Below are positions 9,901 to 16,139 of a DNA stretch of 64,000 bases, piece after piece. Source of the stretch: Clostridia bacterium. Lineage in GTDB: Bacteria > Bacillota > Clostridia > UBA1212. Where the stretch lies: positions 413 to 64,412 of the forward strand of contig JAFSVU010000015.1 of assembly GCA_017444825.1 (NCBI GenBank). The letters are read 5' to 3'. The notes under the pieces were generated by a model. That model saw nothing but the letters and a program-made list of their open reading frames with translations, was not told the DNA's origin and made no database searches. The position numbers and the translations under genes were made by a program. Position 1 is the stretch's first letter; the number at the start of each line of letters is the position of its first letter.

Positions 9901-10357
9901 CGAACACTAAACGTGTATGGTTACCGTTTCTAAGAGCATAATCTCTCGTAAAAGCACTGTTAAGATCCGGTTTCTGATAGCTGACATCGGAGCGTTTGTA
10001 GGGATCAATGTTCTCGACAGTCGCAGGTTGCCCGAGTTTTTCCAGCGCAAGCTGTTCATATTCCGATAATTTGTCAGGATATGATATCTCACCGGGTACA
10101 GGATCACCTTCGGGCGTTTCAGGATATTTGGGCAATGCGGTATAGTCAGGATCAAGAAGCGTTGCGGGTGATTCTTCAGCATAAACATTTGAAAAGATCC
10201 TTGTCGGTATCAACGTGGCAAATATTGCCAAAACAAGGACAATCGCAACAGTTTTGATACCTATGCTGAAATGCCTAATGTTGTTATCCATTATTAACAC
10301 TCCGAAATGAGCCGATGCATACGATGCATACTTTCTTTTTATGCTTTGATTATACAT
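3911..10357 (-). CDS. RHS/YD-repeat polymorphic toxin (WapA-like, secreted) with a C-terminal ParB/Srx-like nuclease toxin domain
   Basis: 2148 aa. An alternative start at 10291 (GGAG ribosome-binding site) gives MDNNIRHF...SNVYA|EE, a signal peptide. There are dozens of YD repeats (YTYDSYGRL, YSYDAQGNL, YSYDQEGKL, YVYDADGLRTQK, YTYDTWGSV). The RHS core ends YYLQSRYYDPVMGRFINPD and is followed by LFCYCGNDPVNHIDPSGK, a DPxG-type autoproteolysis motif. The C-terminal region (about 200 aa) has a Gly/Ala-rich hydrophobic segment followed by KIFVSEIGEGLYQIADGHHRIAALRALG, a ParB-type GxHRxxA box. GC content is lower than the flanks. Confidence 0.85.
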   Translation of the reverse strand: MYNQSIKRKYASYASAHFGVLIMDNNIRHFSIGIKTVAIVLVLAIFATLIPTRIFSNVYAEESPATLLDPDYTALPKYPETPEGDPVPGEISYPDKLSEYEQLALEKLGQPATVENIDPYKRSDVSYQKPDLNSAFTRDYALRNGNHTRLVFGSPVNYKTGEGVWKKINLTLHEQEGRLSTTDAPYTLSFAASSEDANELIDLDYNGVSLSLTPVTSLAEPSEARYESATHTDDELLTENPCENGTVVYNNLFSGSDTSPSASLEYSIKPYEIKENIVVNEGGFEQYVYPFILSVNNSSALLKDNCVFIYDESGNAVYKLTAEYMKDAKDECSDQVFLTLVETENGYLITVIADAEWINDENREFPVKIDPTISISYPDDDYAYEAVYVNGSTRWNTIAVGANTVSYIKFDDCILNGIPDSAVITHAVASFSVNNSSPVTYTGTYAFRSEMISDTWSPQAVLAGGTLPSVPSAFEGLTDSCRNQYIFLPYANIYFDLDITNVMRHTFSGANNGFMFGAECLYGTMPSFAHSVLTALQITYADHSGLNSYQSTHRISIDGSGTACIKDINGDLTFIHPGISTKGEILPVSVDLVFNSSFIGTATDTYYGTGWRPSIMQTMKAETVTDINDDTYTYYVLTDGTGAKHYFVPGSGYFYFSEENPFDLYDPAARMIEFSDGSKAYFNSYGYLCEFENEYGDSYIICYSGSSSQINCVFDGSGLEIDFVYSGSRLTTVENADCPLRGISFSYTGNYLTAINTSSGESSTFAYNTNGTISRFGYRKTSAETYDRQYVQFGYTSGATNGINRVSYIIKYAADDEGVYGMSEIAYITYGDHTEYGYRYGFLSIDAIWTEYIYFDRNGRTSSVFDSYGNVSGSEYDGEDLSNMHLVTGKTSSLMVDSNLVKDFSEKTSSWVLYSVSGSGGLYSADTSGHFLSSKHGSDCFRLYSSSQSSEVYAKYPVSAAVPGKTYTLSADVDVASLNGFGGVVLGIMYNTASTSNVRLLSPCLNYDLDATAQYTFEIPDSATAGSIYILIGVKNLSGNLYFDLVSLTEGANSRPANQISDSGFYNGLSAWTVSGSFTPTVVTNERIRSISVPGNIGQTRSVSQVLSTPVYSGAYLVVSGFGKGKAVTTGRFGIVLHFGNGNVPDEEFLFSSATKDWQFFSVIIPVESYSGYVTVSLVNDYNYTDVLFGGVTVEYVNKIGDYSDRSLYYYDLLGRIEKERTFSGIWTEYSYDPYIPSLLTETVSNDRRNNETTVTYEYNSLIPTQITSVTELFVPSAAGSSDICTQTYYAYNSHGSVTEIEVDTNGNETSHRFFIYSSDGSLLEKETDDSGRYITYSYSLTTQDLLSVTDGDGTVTYYTYDSYGRLSSETVGTASFGMSYSADSISVTGDTISYCFDRNNEGKKTSFSILDSNASLLRNMASYTYGVYGLLTRLDYGNGQTKYYSYDAQGNLKFIAFSANATVDNATFAWFYDQKGNVVKYIDRSNSAGTVTKEYSYDQEGKLVYILSSDGNEVTYHYSTGTNTEYERFTTAFTGLEYRSITTVDEGNKTITGTGTFAKKVITFDNFGRITSSSYGNSSTPLTKSYTYLTKTSSVLYNDHFYSVSNETALVSSETCSISSVPTLTYTYYENGKIKTISEKGVQTHNFEYDSLGQLIREDNKKLNSGNGYTIKYYYDNRGNRTAKITFPYSPTVLTQNLESSVQHVAFAVSGYLNSYSDLLTTYYGTSTYFGYDAIYNPTKYFLRDLTWTQGNRLASAKGYGVTFPYNYVYDADGLRTQKSHISNTLNLTTIKYCWIGNRLRSEWATDGSYEIVYDFDGAGRVCGFSYYQNGSGTSHYRYVRNIQGDVTHIINSSGAVVAVYTYDTWGSVVSIKDGSGNDITNDTTSIGYINPIRYRGYYYDKETGFYYLQSRYYDPVMGRFINPDSQLNLQDGPLGTNLFCYCGNDPVNHIDPSGKAWWHWAIGAAIVVACAAATVITCGGFAAAATTVGLVASGIAGVTTASTIAAGAFIGSAAVYGMAVLSAASTSNSVEEFNEKGNSGTVVATAGGAIIGAAIFEIRKLLQKSGIVPTKVKLDRIVNNPSDDFVTVGPAEGVIENYIKSIPQDGYGKIFVSEIGEGLYQIADGHHRIAALRALGYEIINVFLTQ

Positions 10358-10529
10358 CGTTTCCGACGGTCAAATCAATTGATTTTAAGCAGTTCATCGT
10401 AAGAGCAAGCGTCGCCTTTGGCTTGCCGATAAAGCGCAAGACCTTCGGCAAATGAACGGGCGGAAGCCCTGACCCACTTGCAAAAAACAATACAACCCCG
10501 AGAAAACGGTGATTCCCGAGGTTGTTTAA

Positions 10530-10620
10530 TGGTGCGCGGCCGCCGCCTTGAACCTGTATGGAGTCGCCCCCACACGGACCTGATACCTAAGCGCGTCTGC
10601 CAATTCCGCCATATCCGCAT
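10530..10620 (-). pseudogene. tRNA-Leu-derived pseudo-tRNA (attL-like: authentic 5-prime acceptor and D-arm, 29-bp core, foreign A-prime 3-prime end; anticodon and T stems no longer pair)
   Basis: The reverse complement begins GCGGATATGGCGGAATTGGCAGACGCGC, identical to the intact tRNA through the D-arm. It continues TTAGGTA-TCAGGTCCGTG...GGTTCAAGGCGGCGGCCGCGCACCA, which cannot form the anticodon stem, T stem or acceptor stem. Confidence 0.7.
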
Positions 10621-10648
10621 TGGCAATTCGTTTAAAACGAGCGGGGTC

Positions 10649-10678
10649 ACTGTACTCTTTTTGTCATACCCTTGTCAA
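10649..10678 (-). promoter_or_regulatory. retained tRNA-type promoter (-35 TTGACA at 10673-10678, -10 TACAGT at 10649-10654) upstream of the pseudo-tRNA, co-oriented with the RHS gene
   Basis: It has the same architecture as the promoter of the intact tRNA-Leu (1075-1103), and 55 bp of upstream sequence are conserved between the two loci. Confidence 0.35.
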
Positions 10679-10692
10679 GCACTGTTTGATTC

Positions 10693-10729
10693 GCGGCCGC
10701 CCCTCGGGGGAGAGGCGGCGCATTTTTTA
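10693..10729. terminator. GC-rich hairpin (gcggccgcccctc/gggggagaggcggc) flanked by an A6/T6 tract; terminator-like, orientation ambiguous
   Basis: The hairpin is followed by TTTTTT on the plus strand. The T-run overlaps the stop codon of the minus-strand gene 10727..15910. No U-tract follows the hairpin on the minus strand. Confidence 0.3.
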
Positions 10730-13700
10730 CTCAAACTTCCATTTGTCTTTTTCGTTGATCGTCACCCTGATCCTGTCTGTCAGGCTGAACGCTCCTGTGC
10801 GTGGGTTCCTGATGTACGCGCTCTCCGCCGTAAACGTTCCCTCCACAGCGCCGCGTATCACGTAGGATACCGAGATCTCAAAGCCGTATTCGGGGCAGTC
10901 CTGTCTGAACCAGTTATTCTCGTTTTCGTAGATGCGGTTGTGCAGCGAGACGCCTCCCGTCATATTCTGGCCGCTGCTGTTATAAATGTAAGCGTATGCC
11001 GCCACCGTTCCGGACTCATACCGGGAGGAGGAGCTCGAGTCGATCGAGAGGAATCTGGCACCCGACGGTATCAGATCATAGAGTTCAAAGTACTCGTTTA
11101 CTCTGGTCGATCTTCCGCTGATTCGGAGAGTCACCAGGCAGTTGCCGTGGGAGTCATTGGTCATTGCCTTGGTTATCGAGACACGGCCGTCAGACTTTTG
11201 TCCGTCCAAAAGGGCCTCCTCCATGGTTCCCCTGTAATACACTCCCACCTTTGTGTCTCCTGGCAGACTCGTCTTCAACGAGTCAAGCTCCTGCTTTGAA
11301 AGAGTCAACGTAAAACTGCATCCCGGTTCGATCTTTACCGTCTCGGACGATTCGCCGATAGTATAGGTAAATTCGAGAGCATCAGCGGCTTCCCGGGGCA
11401 GGAAATGCTTGATATACGCGGCAAGTGCTATTCTGTCAGACACCGAATTCGTTCTGTTTTCGGAAAGCCAAAGCGCCAGCTTCGCGGCATCTTCCCGGTC
11501 GATCCTTGCGGCGCTCATGAGGGCAAGGCAGGACAGCTGAACAGTCGTGTCAAAATCACCGGCTTCGAACTTCAGCGAGCCGTATTCGCTGTCTTCAACG
11601 CCAATTTCAGACTTTACAAGAGCATAGACGTCATGTGCCGCGGGGTAGTCGCCGCAGACGGCAAAACCAAGTGCCAGCAGGAGCTTCGCCTCCGGAGAGT
11701 AGTTGCCCGCTTTGTCTGCGATCACGTAAAGTGTATCCAGAACGGGTTCTCCCAGCGCCGCCAGTGACACGACATTCGAGATCAGTTTCTCGGGCGACTC
11801 CTGATCGGTCGAGTTGACCGACGTACTGCAGGCTGATGCTATGTAATTCAAGGTTTGAGTGTCAAACGGCAGCCCGAGAGTCAGTACCAGAGCAGTCAGT
11901 TCGGGATCCGGCTCCGAATAGGGGAATACCCGGAACTGTCCGTCCGAAGCCGAGAAGTTGTCCTTCGTCAGCCTCATGAGCCTTTCCTGCTCCTGATCCG
12001 CCTTGATTCCGTAGAGGGCTTCCCTTGCCGCGGCTGCCGCGTAAAGACCCGCATATTCATCGGTCCTGCCGCTTCCCCTGTCGTTTGACAGCAGGCTTGT
12101 TATCCTTTCGTAGAAAGCGTAGGACGGCGTTCTGTTCGCAAACACAACTTTAACGGGATAGTACACAGGCGTGATGGTCTTGAGTTCGGAAACAGCCAAT
12201 GATCTTCCCACATCCGCGGCAACGGCACTCGTCACGAGGGTGAAGTCCGTTGTCGCAGCATCTTTGTTTTCTCCGCATTCCGCGTACACGGTCACGTGGT
12301 ACTGTCCCGGCTCCGACAGCTCGAATTTCAGCCAGCACCTCTCCTTTGAGTCTGCGCTGCCCGACGTTCTTCCTTTTTCATTGCCGAGAGCATCCGTAAG
12401 CACCGCGGTGTAGTTGACCGTTCCCGTAGCTTCCGATCCGTAGGATCTTGCGCTGAGGGATATTGTATCGCCAACGATATACTGCTCGCATATTCCTACA
12501 TTTACGAAGAAAGGCAGGGTGCAGATCACGTCCGAGACCGATGCGCCGATCTTCAGCTTTCCGTTTTCGGAGCCCGTGCCGCAAAGCGCATATGTCGAGA
12601 TCCTCCATGAAGTGATGTTGTCGGGGACGGTGAAGACCAGTGTCCCGCAGCCGTCACTGTCGAGTTCCACCACGTCATAGACCGGATTGTCCGCGAAATA
12701 CTTTCTTATATACCAGTCCGAGCTGCCGATGCCGCCGTCGCTGAGCCCTTCTGATTCGGGAGCCGCGCCCGGCCTTTCATCTGATAACGACAGAGAGTTA
12801 TCGGAACCGCCCTTTGAGCTCTTGGAGCCATTACTGTATGAAAGATCTCCGTAATCAACGTCCGAGTTTGTAAATGCCGGTTTAAACCTTGCGTTCATGA
12901 GAAACGTCGCTGCGCTCGACCGCTGTTTCGAGAAAATGCTCAAGGGCTCTATCTCCTGATCGCCGAGGGCAAAGCAGGCTTCATCGACGATGCTGACCAC
13001 AGCAACTCCGCCTCCTGCTCCGGGCACCTGAATCTTAATAATGGCTTTGTCCCCGGGCTTGTACGTATCCGAAGACGGGGTGATCACGGGTTTCAGCGTC
13101 GCATTGGCGGTGTCGTACCTGATCTCTTCGCCGGGTATCAGATACTCTCCGGTGGAGGAGTCGAAGACCACGGCGTAGAGATATCCGTCCGCTATCATAC
13201 TGTCGGTAAACGAAAACCGTACTTTTGACCCGTATTCCACCCCATAGATCCCGTTTGATCTTATAACAAACAGCGCTTTCCTCTTCTCCGGCGCAGTCCA
13301 GATCTCCGCCTCCACAGTGTCGCTTACCGAGTAGGTTTCGTCATTGAACAGGATCTCGGCCGTCAGGGATTGGTTGCTGCCGGAATAACCGGTGCCCGTC
13401 TTGCCCGCGGTACCGTTTAACGTATAGGTGTAAGTGTTGTTGCTCGTGTCATCGTAGAATGACACTTCGTAGGTGTAATATCCCTCAAACCCGCTGACCT
13501 CAAGGAGCGGGAACTCCGCAACACCGTTGACAAAGGACTTGACGTCGCTTTCGACCTGACTCTTGCGTACCTCGCAGGTATAATATTTAACGTTTTTCTT
13601 GGTGTATGAGTCGTACCTGGTCTTTTCGGTCCTCACTATGACGTTCTTCCAGAGCGTATAGGAAAGCGCATTTGCGGCTGACAGAGGCTCGCCAACGGTA

Positions 13701-15910
13701 TTCTCCGGGAACACACGCCAAAGCATGTCCTCCGGGGTCTTAAGGCCCGAAGTATCCCTCCGGTTCAAGGTGACGACAGCATTGGTTTTGTCCTGCCTCG
13801 TTGCCACGCAATAGTCGGAATGGAAATAGGGCACGCTATCCTGAACATACAGGTACTGCGTCTCGAAATTTGTGAGCTCGGCCGCAAAATACAGCGTGAC
13901 CGGGTTCGTTCCCCTGACCTCCCGATCGGTAAGATTCCGGGATTTATATACGATCTTCGCCTCGCCTTTTTCATCGGTCCTGACCGTCTGATGAGCATCG
14001 CCAAAGTAAGACAGCATGCAGTAAAACTCAAGGCCCTCCGCGGGGGTTCCGTCAAAGAACGATGCCGTAAGAGTCACTGTTATCTGTTCGCCTCTGCGGT
14101 AGAAAAGCTTGTCGAAGCTTATCGAGGCTGTGTACTGGGGCTTTTGTTCCTCTGTGATCCTGAAGGTGCCTGAAGTCAGGATGCGCCCGCTTTCATCGCT
14201 GAATTTCAGCTGATAATAGCCCTGGGAGCAGCGGGAATACGTGAACGATCCCCGGAAAAATCCGTTCTTGTCCACTTCCACCCTGGTCTTCAGCGTCGAA
14301 AGACCGGTCTCCAGATAAAGATGGTCGGGAACCGTTCCACCGAAGGAAGGCGTGATATATCCGCTGAAGTTGATGGTGTCGTCGGAAAAATAGACTTCTC
14401 TGTCGGTATAGACGTAGCTGAGATAGTAGTCGTATGTGTCTTCGGGTCTCACCGCTGCGCAGACGACGATCCCGTCCGAGCCTTTTTCAGCAATGATCAC
14501 GGCGGAATAAGCTTCGCTGCTGTCAAACTCGGCGATTCCCGATGCGTCTGTTTTTACTTTCTGCTGCTTGCCGACAATTTCAGCGTTCCACCCTTCATTC
14601 CTGCTGAGCAGGCTCACCGTCACGTCGGCACCTTCCACAGGGCCTTCGGCATTGGCTATGCTGTTGATCCAGATGATGGACTTGCCGTTTGACGATACGG
14701 TGTACGGACGGAGATTGGACACCTGGATGATGACCGACTTTGTGTCCTTGAGGGTCTTTCCGAATCCGTAAGAAACGGAAGCTGTGATCTTTGCGACGTA
14801 AACACCCTTGGCAAGACCTGTGCCGAGATCCAGATAACAGTTTGTCGTATACCTGTCTTTTTCCGTTTGAGGGGTAAAGGTCCCTACCTTGGTCAGCCCG
14901 GAAAGATCGGGTCCGGAGCCGGTATCGTCCCCCGCCCGTGTCTCGAAGTCGATTATCGTGTCGGCGGCCTCCTTTGCGGATCCGAAGGAATACAGATCGC
15001 AGGTGACGTTCGGGGTCTCGGTTATACTGGTGTATACAGTAAACCTCATGACTGCGTCCGACCTTGGCGAGAAGATGTTGTCCCATCCGTCGTTGGATGT
15101 CGTCAGTATCCGTATAAACTCTCTGGAGTCTGAGCCGAGTGCGCTTTCGTAGGCTTTTGTGCAGGTTCTGAAGGTCGCCGTTTTACCGCTCTCCAAAGTC
15201 CTGCCCGATATGCCCTTTATCCCACTGTTTACGGTGACGGTATATACGGTGTTGTACAAGAGCTTCGATGACGGGCGGAACAGCACGGTCCTTCCGTTCG
15301 GATAAACGGAAAACTCGCCCTTGACCTCAGGCGACACCGTGAAATACTTCATGCCCGGTTCGGAGACGACGGCCTCGGAAAAAGTCACCTCTATGCCCGT
15401 GTCCACAGGCACGTTCAGCGTCTTGTCTCCGGGGAACATCGAAGTGACCACCATATCGTTCTGAGTCTGGAATGCATACGACGCGGCGGGATTCTCCGGA
15501 TCGCCGAGGGTCAGTCTATATATCTGCCCCGGCACCAGTTTACCCGACGAGGGGACGATCCTGAATTTATTTGAAGACAGCCTGGTAACGGAAGTCGCGA
15601 TGGCCGGCGTCATCGTCAGATAATTCGCAAGGGTCTCCACGTCGGTCTCCCCTGAAGTCTCGACAATAAACGCGCCGTCAACGGGTATCACGCCTGAGCT
15701 GACCCCGTCCGCGGTGATCTTAACGCTTGAAAGCTCCGAGGGAAGCACCGGGCTCTTGCCCGAATAGTCTCCGCCCGTAAAAACAATTGGCTCGGGATCG
15801 GGGAAACCACTCCCTCCCGTATTTCTGCAGCCGCTGAGCAGGCCTCCCATGGGGAGCGCCGAAACAAGCATCACAGCGGCAATGATAATAGAGATAACAC
15901 GTTTTTTCAT
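10727..15910 (-). CDS. giant lipoprotein built of tandem Ig-like/MG-type beta-sandwich domains; possibly alpha-2-macroglobulin family, thioester-less
   Basis: 1727 aa. Lipobox MKKRVISIIIAAVMLVSALPMGGLLSGC. Repetitive beta-rich modules are followed by an alpha-helical domain near residues 1200-1400. No CxEQ thioester motif was found. Confidence 0.55.
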   Translation of the reverse strand: MKKRVISIIIAAVMLVSALPMGGLLSGCRNTGGSGFPDPEPIVFTGGDYSGKSPVLPSELSSVKITADGVSSGVIPVDGAFIVETSGETDVETLANYLTMTPAIATSVTRLSSNKFRIVPSSGKLVPGQIYRLTLGDPENPAASYAFQTQNDMVVTSMFPGDKTLNVPVDTGIEVTFSEAVVSEPGMKYFTVSPEVKGEFSVYPNGRTVLFRPSSKLLYNTVYTVTVNSGIKGISGRTLESGKTATFRTCTKAYESALGSDSREFIRILTTSNDGWDNIFSPRSDAVMRFTVYTSITETPNVTCDLYSFGSAKEAADTIIDFETRAGDDTGSGPDLSGLTKVGTFTPQTEKDRYTTNCYLDLGTGLAKGVYVAKITASVSYGFGKTLKDTKSVIIQVSNLRPYTVSSNGKSIIWINSIANAEGPVEGADVTVSLLSRNEGWNAEIVGKQQKVKTDASGIAEFDSSEAYSAVIIAEKGSDGIVVCAAVRPEDTYDYYLSYVYTDREVYFSDDTINFSGYITPSFGGTVPDHLYLETGLSTLKTRVEVDKNGFFRGSFTYSRCSQGYYQLKFSDESGRILTSGTFRITEEQKPQYTASISFDKLFYRRGEQITVTLTASFFDGTPAEGLEFYCMLSYFGDAHQTVRTDEKGEAKIVYKSRNLTDREVRGTNPVTLYFAAELTNFETQYLYVQDSVPYFHSDYCVATRQDKTNAVVTLNRRDTSGLKTPEDMLWRVFPENTVGEPLSAANALSYTLWKNVIVRTEKTRYDSYTKKNVKYYTCEVRKSQVESDVKSFVNGVAEFPLLEVSGFEGYYTYEVSFYDDTSNNTYTYTLNGTAGKTGTGYSGSNQSLTAEILFNDETYSVSDTVEAEIWTAPEKRKALFVIRSNGIYGVEYGSKVRFSFTDSMIADGYLYAVVFDSSTGEYLIPGEEIRYDTANATLKPVITPSSDTYKPGDKAIIKIQVPGAGGGVAVVSIVDEACFALGDQEIEPLSIFSKQRSSAATFLMNARFKPAFTNSDVDYGDLSYSNGSKSSKGGSDNSLSLSDERPGAAPESEGLSDGGIGSSDWYIRKYFADNPVYDVVELDSDGCGTLVFTVPDNITSWRISTYALCGTGSENGKLKIGASVSDVICTLPFFVNVGICEQYIVGDTISLSARSYGSEATGTVNYTAVLTDALGNEKGRTSGSADSKERCWLKFELSEPGQYHVTVYAECGENKDAATTDFTLVTSAVAADVGRSLAVSELKTITPVYYPVKVVFANRTPSYAFYERITSLLSNDRGSGRTDEYAGLYAAAAAREALYGIKADQEQERLMRLTKDNFSASDGQFRVFPYSEPDPELTALVLTLGLPFDTQTLNYIASACSTSVNSTDQESPEKLISNVVSLAALGEPVLDTLYVIADKAGNYSPEAKLLLALGFAVCGDYPAAHDVYALVKSEIGVEDSEYGSLKFEAGDFDTTVQLSCLALMSAARIDREDAAKLALWLSENRTNSVSDRIALAAYIKHFLPREAADALEFTYTIGESSETVKIEPGCSFTLTLSKQELDSLKTSLPGDTKVGVYYRGTMEEALLDGQKSDGRVSITKAMTNDSHGNCLVTLRISGRSTRVNEYFELYDLIPSGARFLSIDSSSSSRYESGTVAAYAYIYNSSGQNMTGGVSLHNRIYENENNWFRQDCPEYGFEISVSYVIRGAVEGTFTAESAYIRNPRTGAFSLTDRIRVTINEKDKWKFE

Positions 15911-16139
15911 TAAAACCGGCCCCCTTCTCGGTAACTTTGCCTACATTGTAGCACATAGCGGCCTGTTTTTGCTGTTACAATTCTTGTCACATATTTTTTA
16001 AGACGGTTTTCAGCTTTATGTTATGCCTTGAAATGCCGCATTTCCGTGGGGTAAAATATACGTAAAATATACCAGGAAATTTTGCGGTGTGCCCGCGGAC
16101 CCGCTGTCCCGGAGCACTATTCACAACAGGAGCATAAAA

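Larger units (their letters stand above)
3484..10539 (-). mobile_element. integrase-less cargo module (RHS toxin + immunity + B arm) bounded by a pseudo-tRNA attL-like site and a 45-bp direct repeat; CIME-like
   Basis: A 45-bp perfect direct repeat (3439-3483 and 10540-10584) encloses a 7.06-kb segment of lower GC. It has the same B-arm terminus as the small element at 150-956. Confidence 0.45.

Noticed and set aside
96-10680. An integrase or recombinase gene expected next to the att-like sites
   Set aside because: None of the ORFs between 1 and 10700 has recombinase motifs. If one exists it lies outside this window.
10693-10729. Hairpin as the terminator of the minus-strand 1727-aa gene
   Set aside because: The U-tract is on the wrong side for minus-strand termination (an A-tract precedes the hairpin). 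It is kept only as an orientation-ambiguous terminator-like feature.
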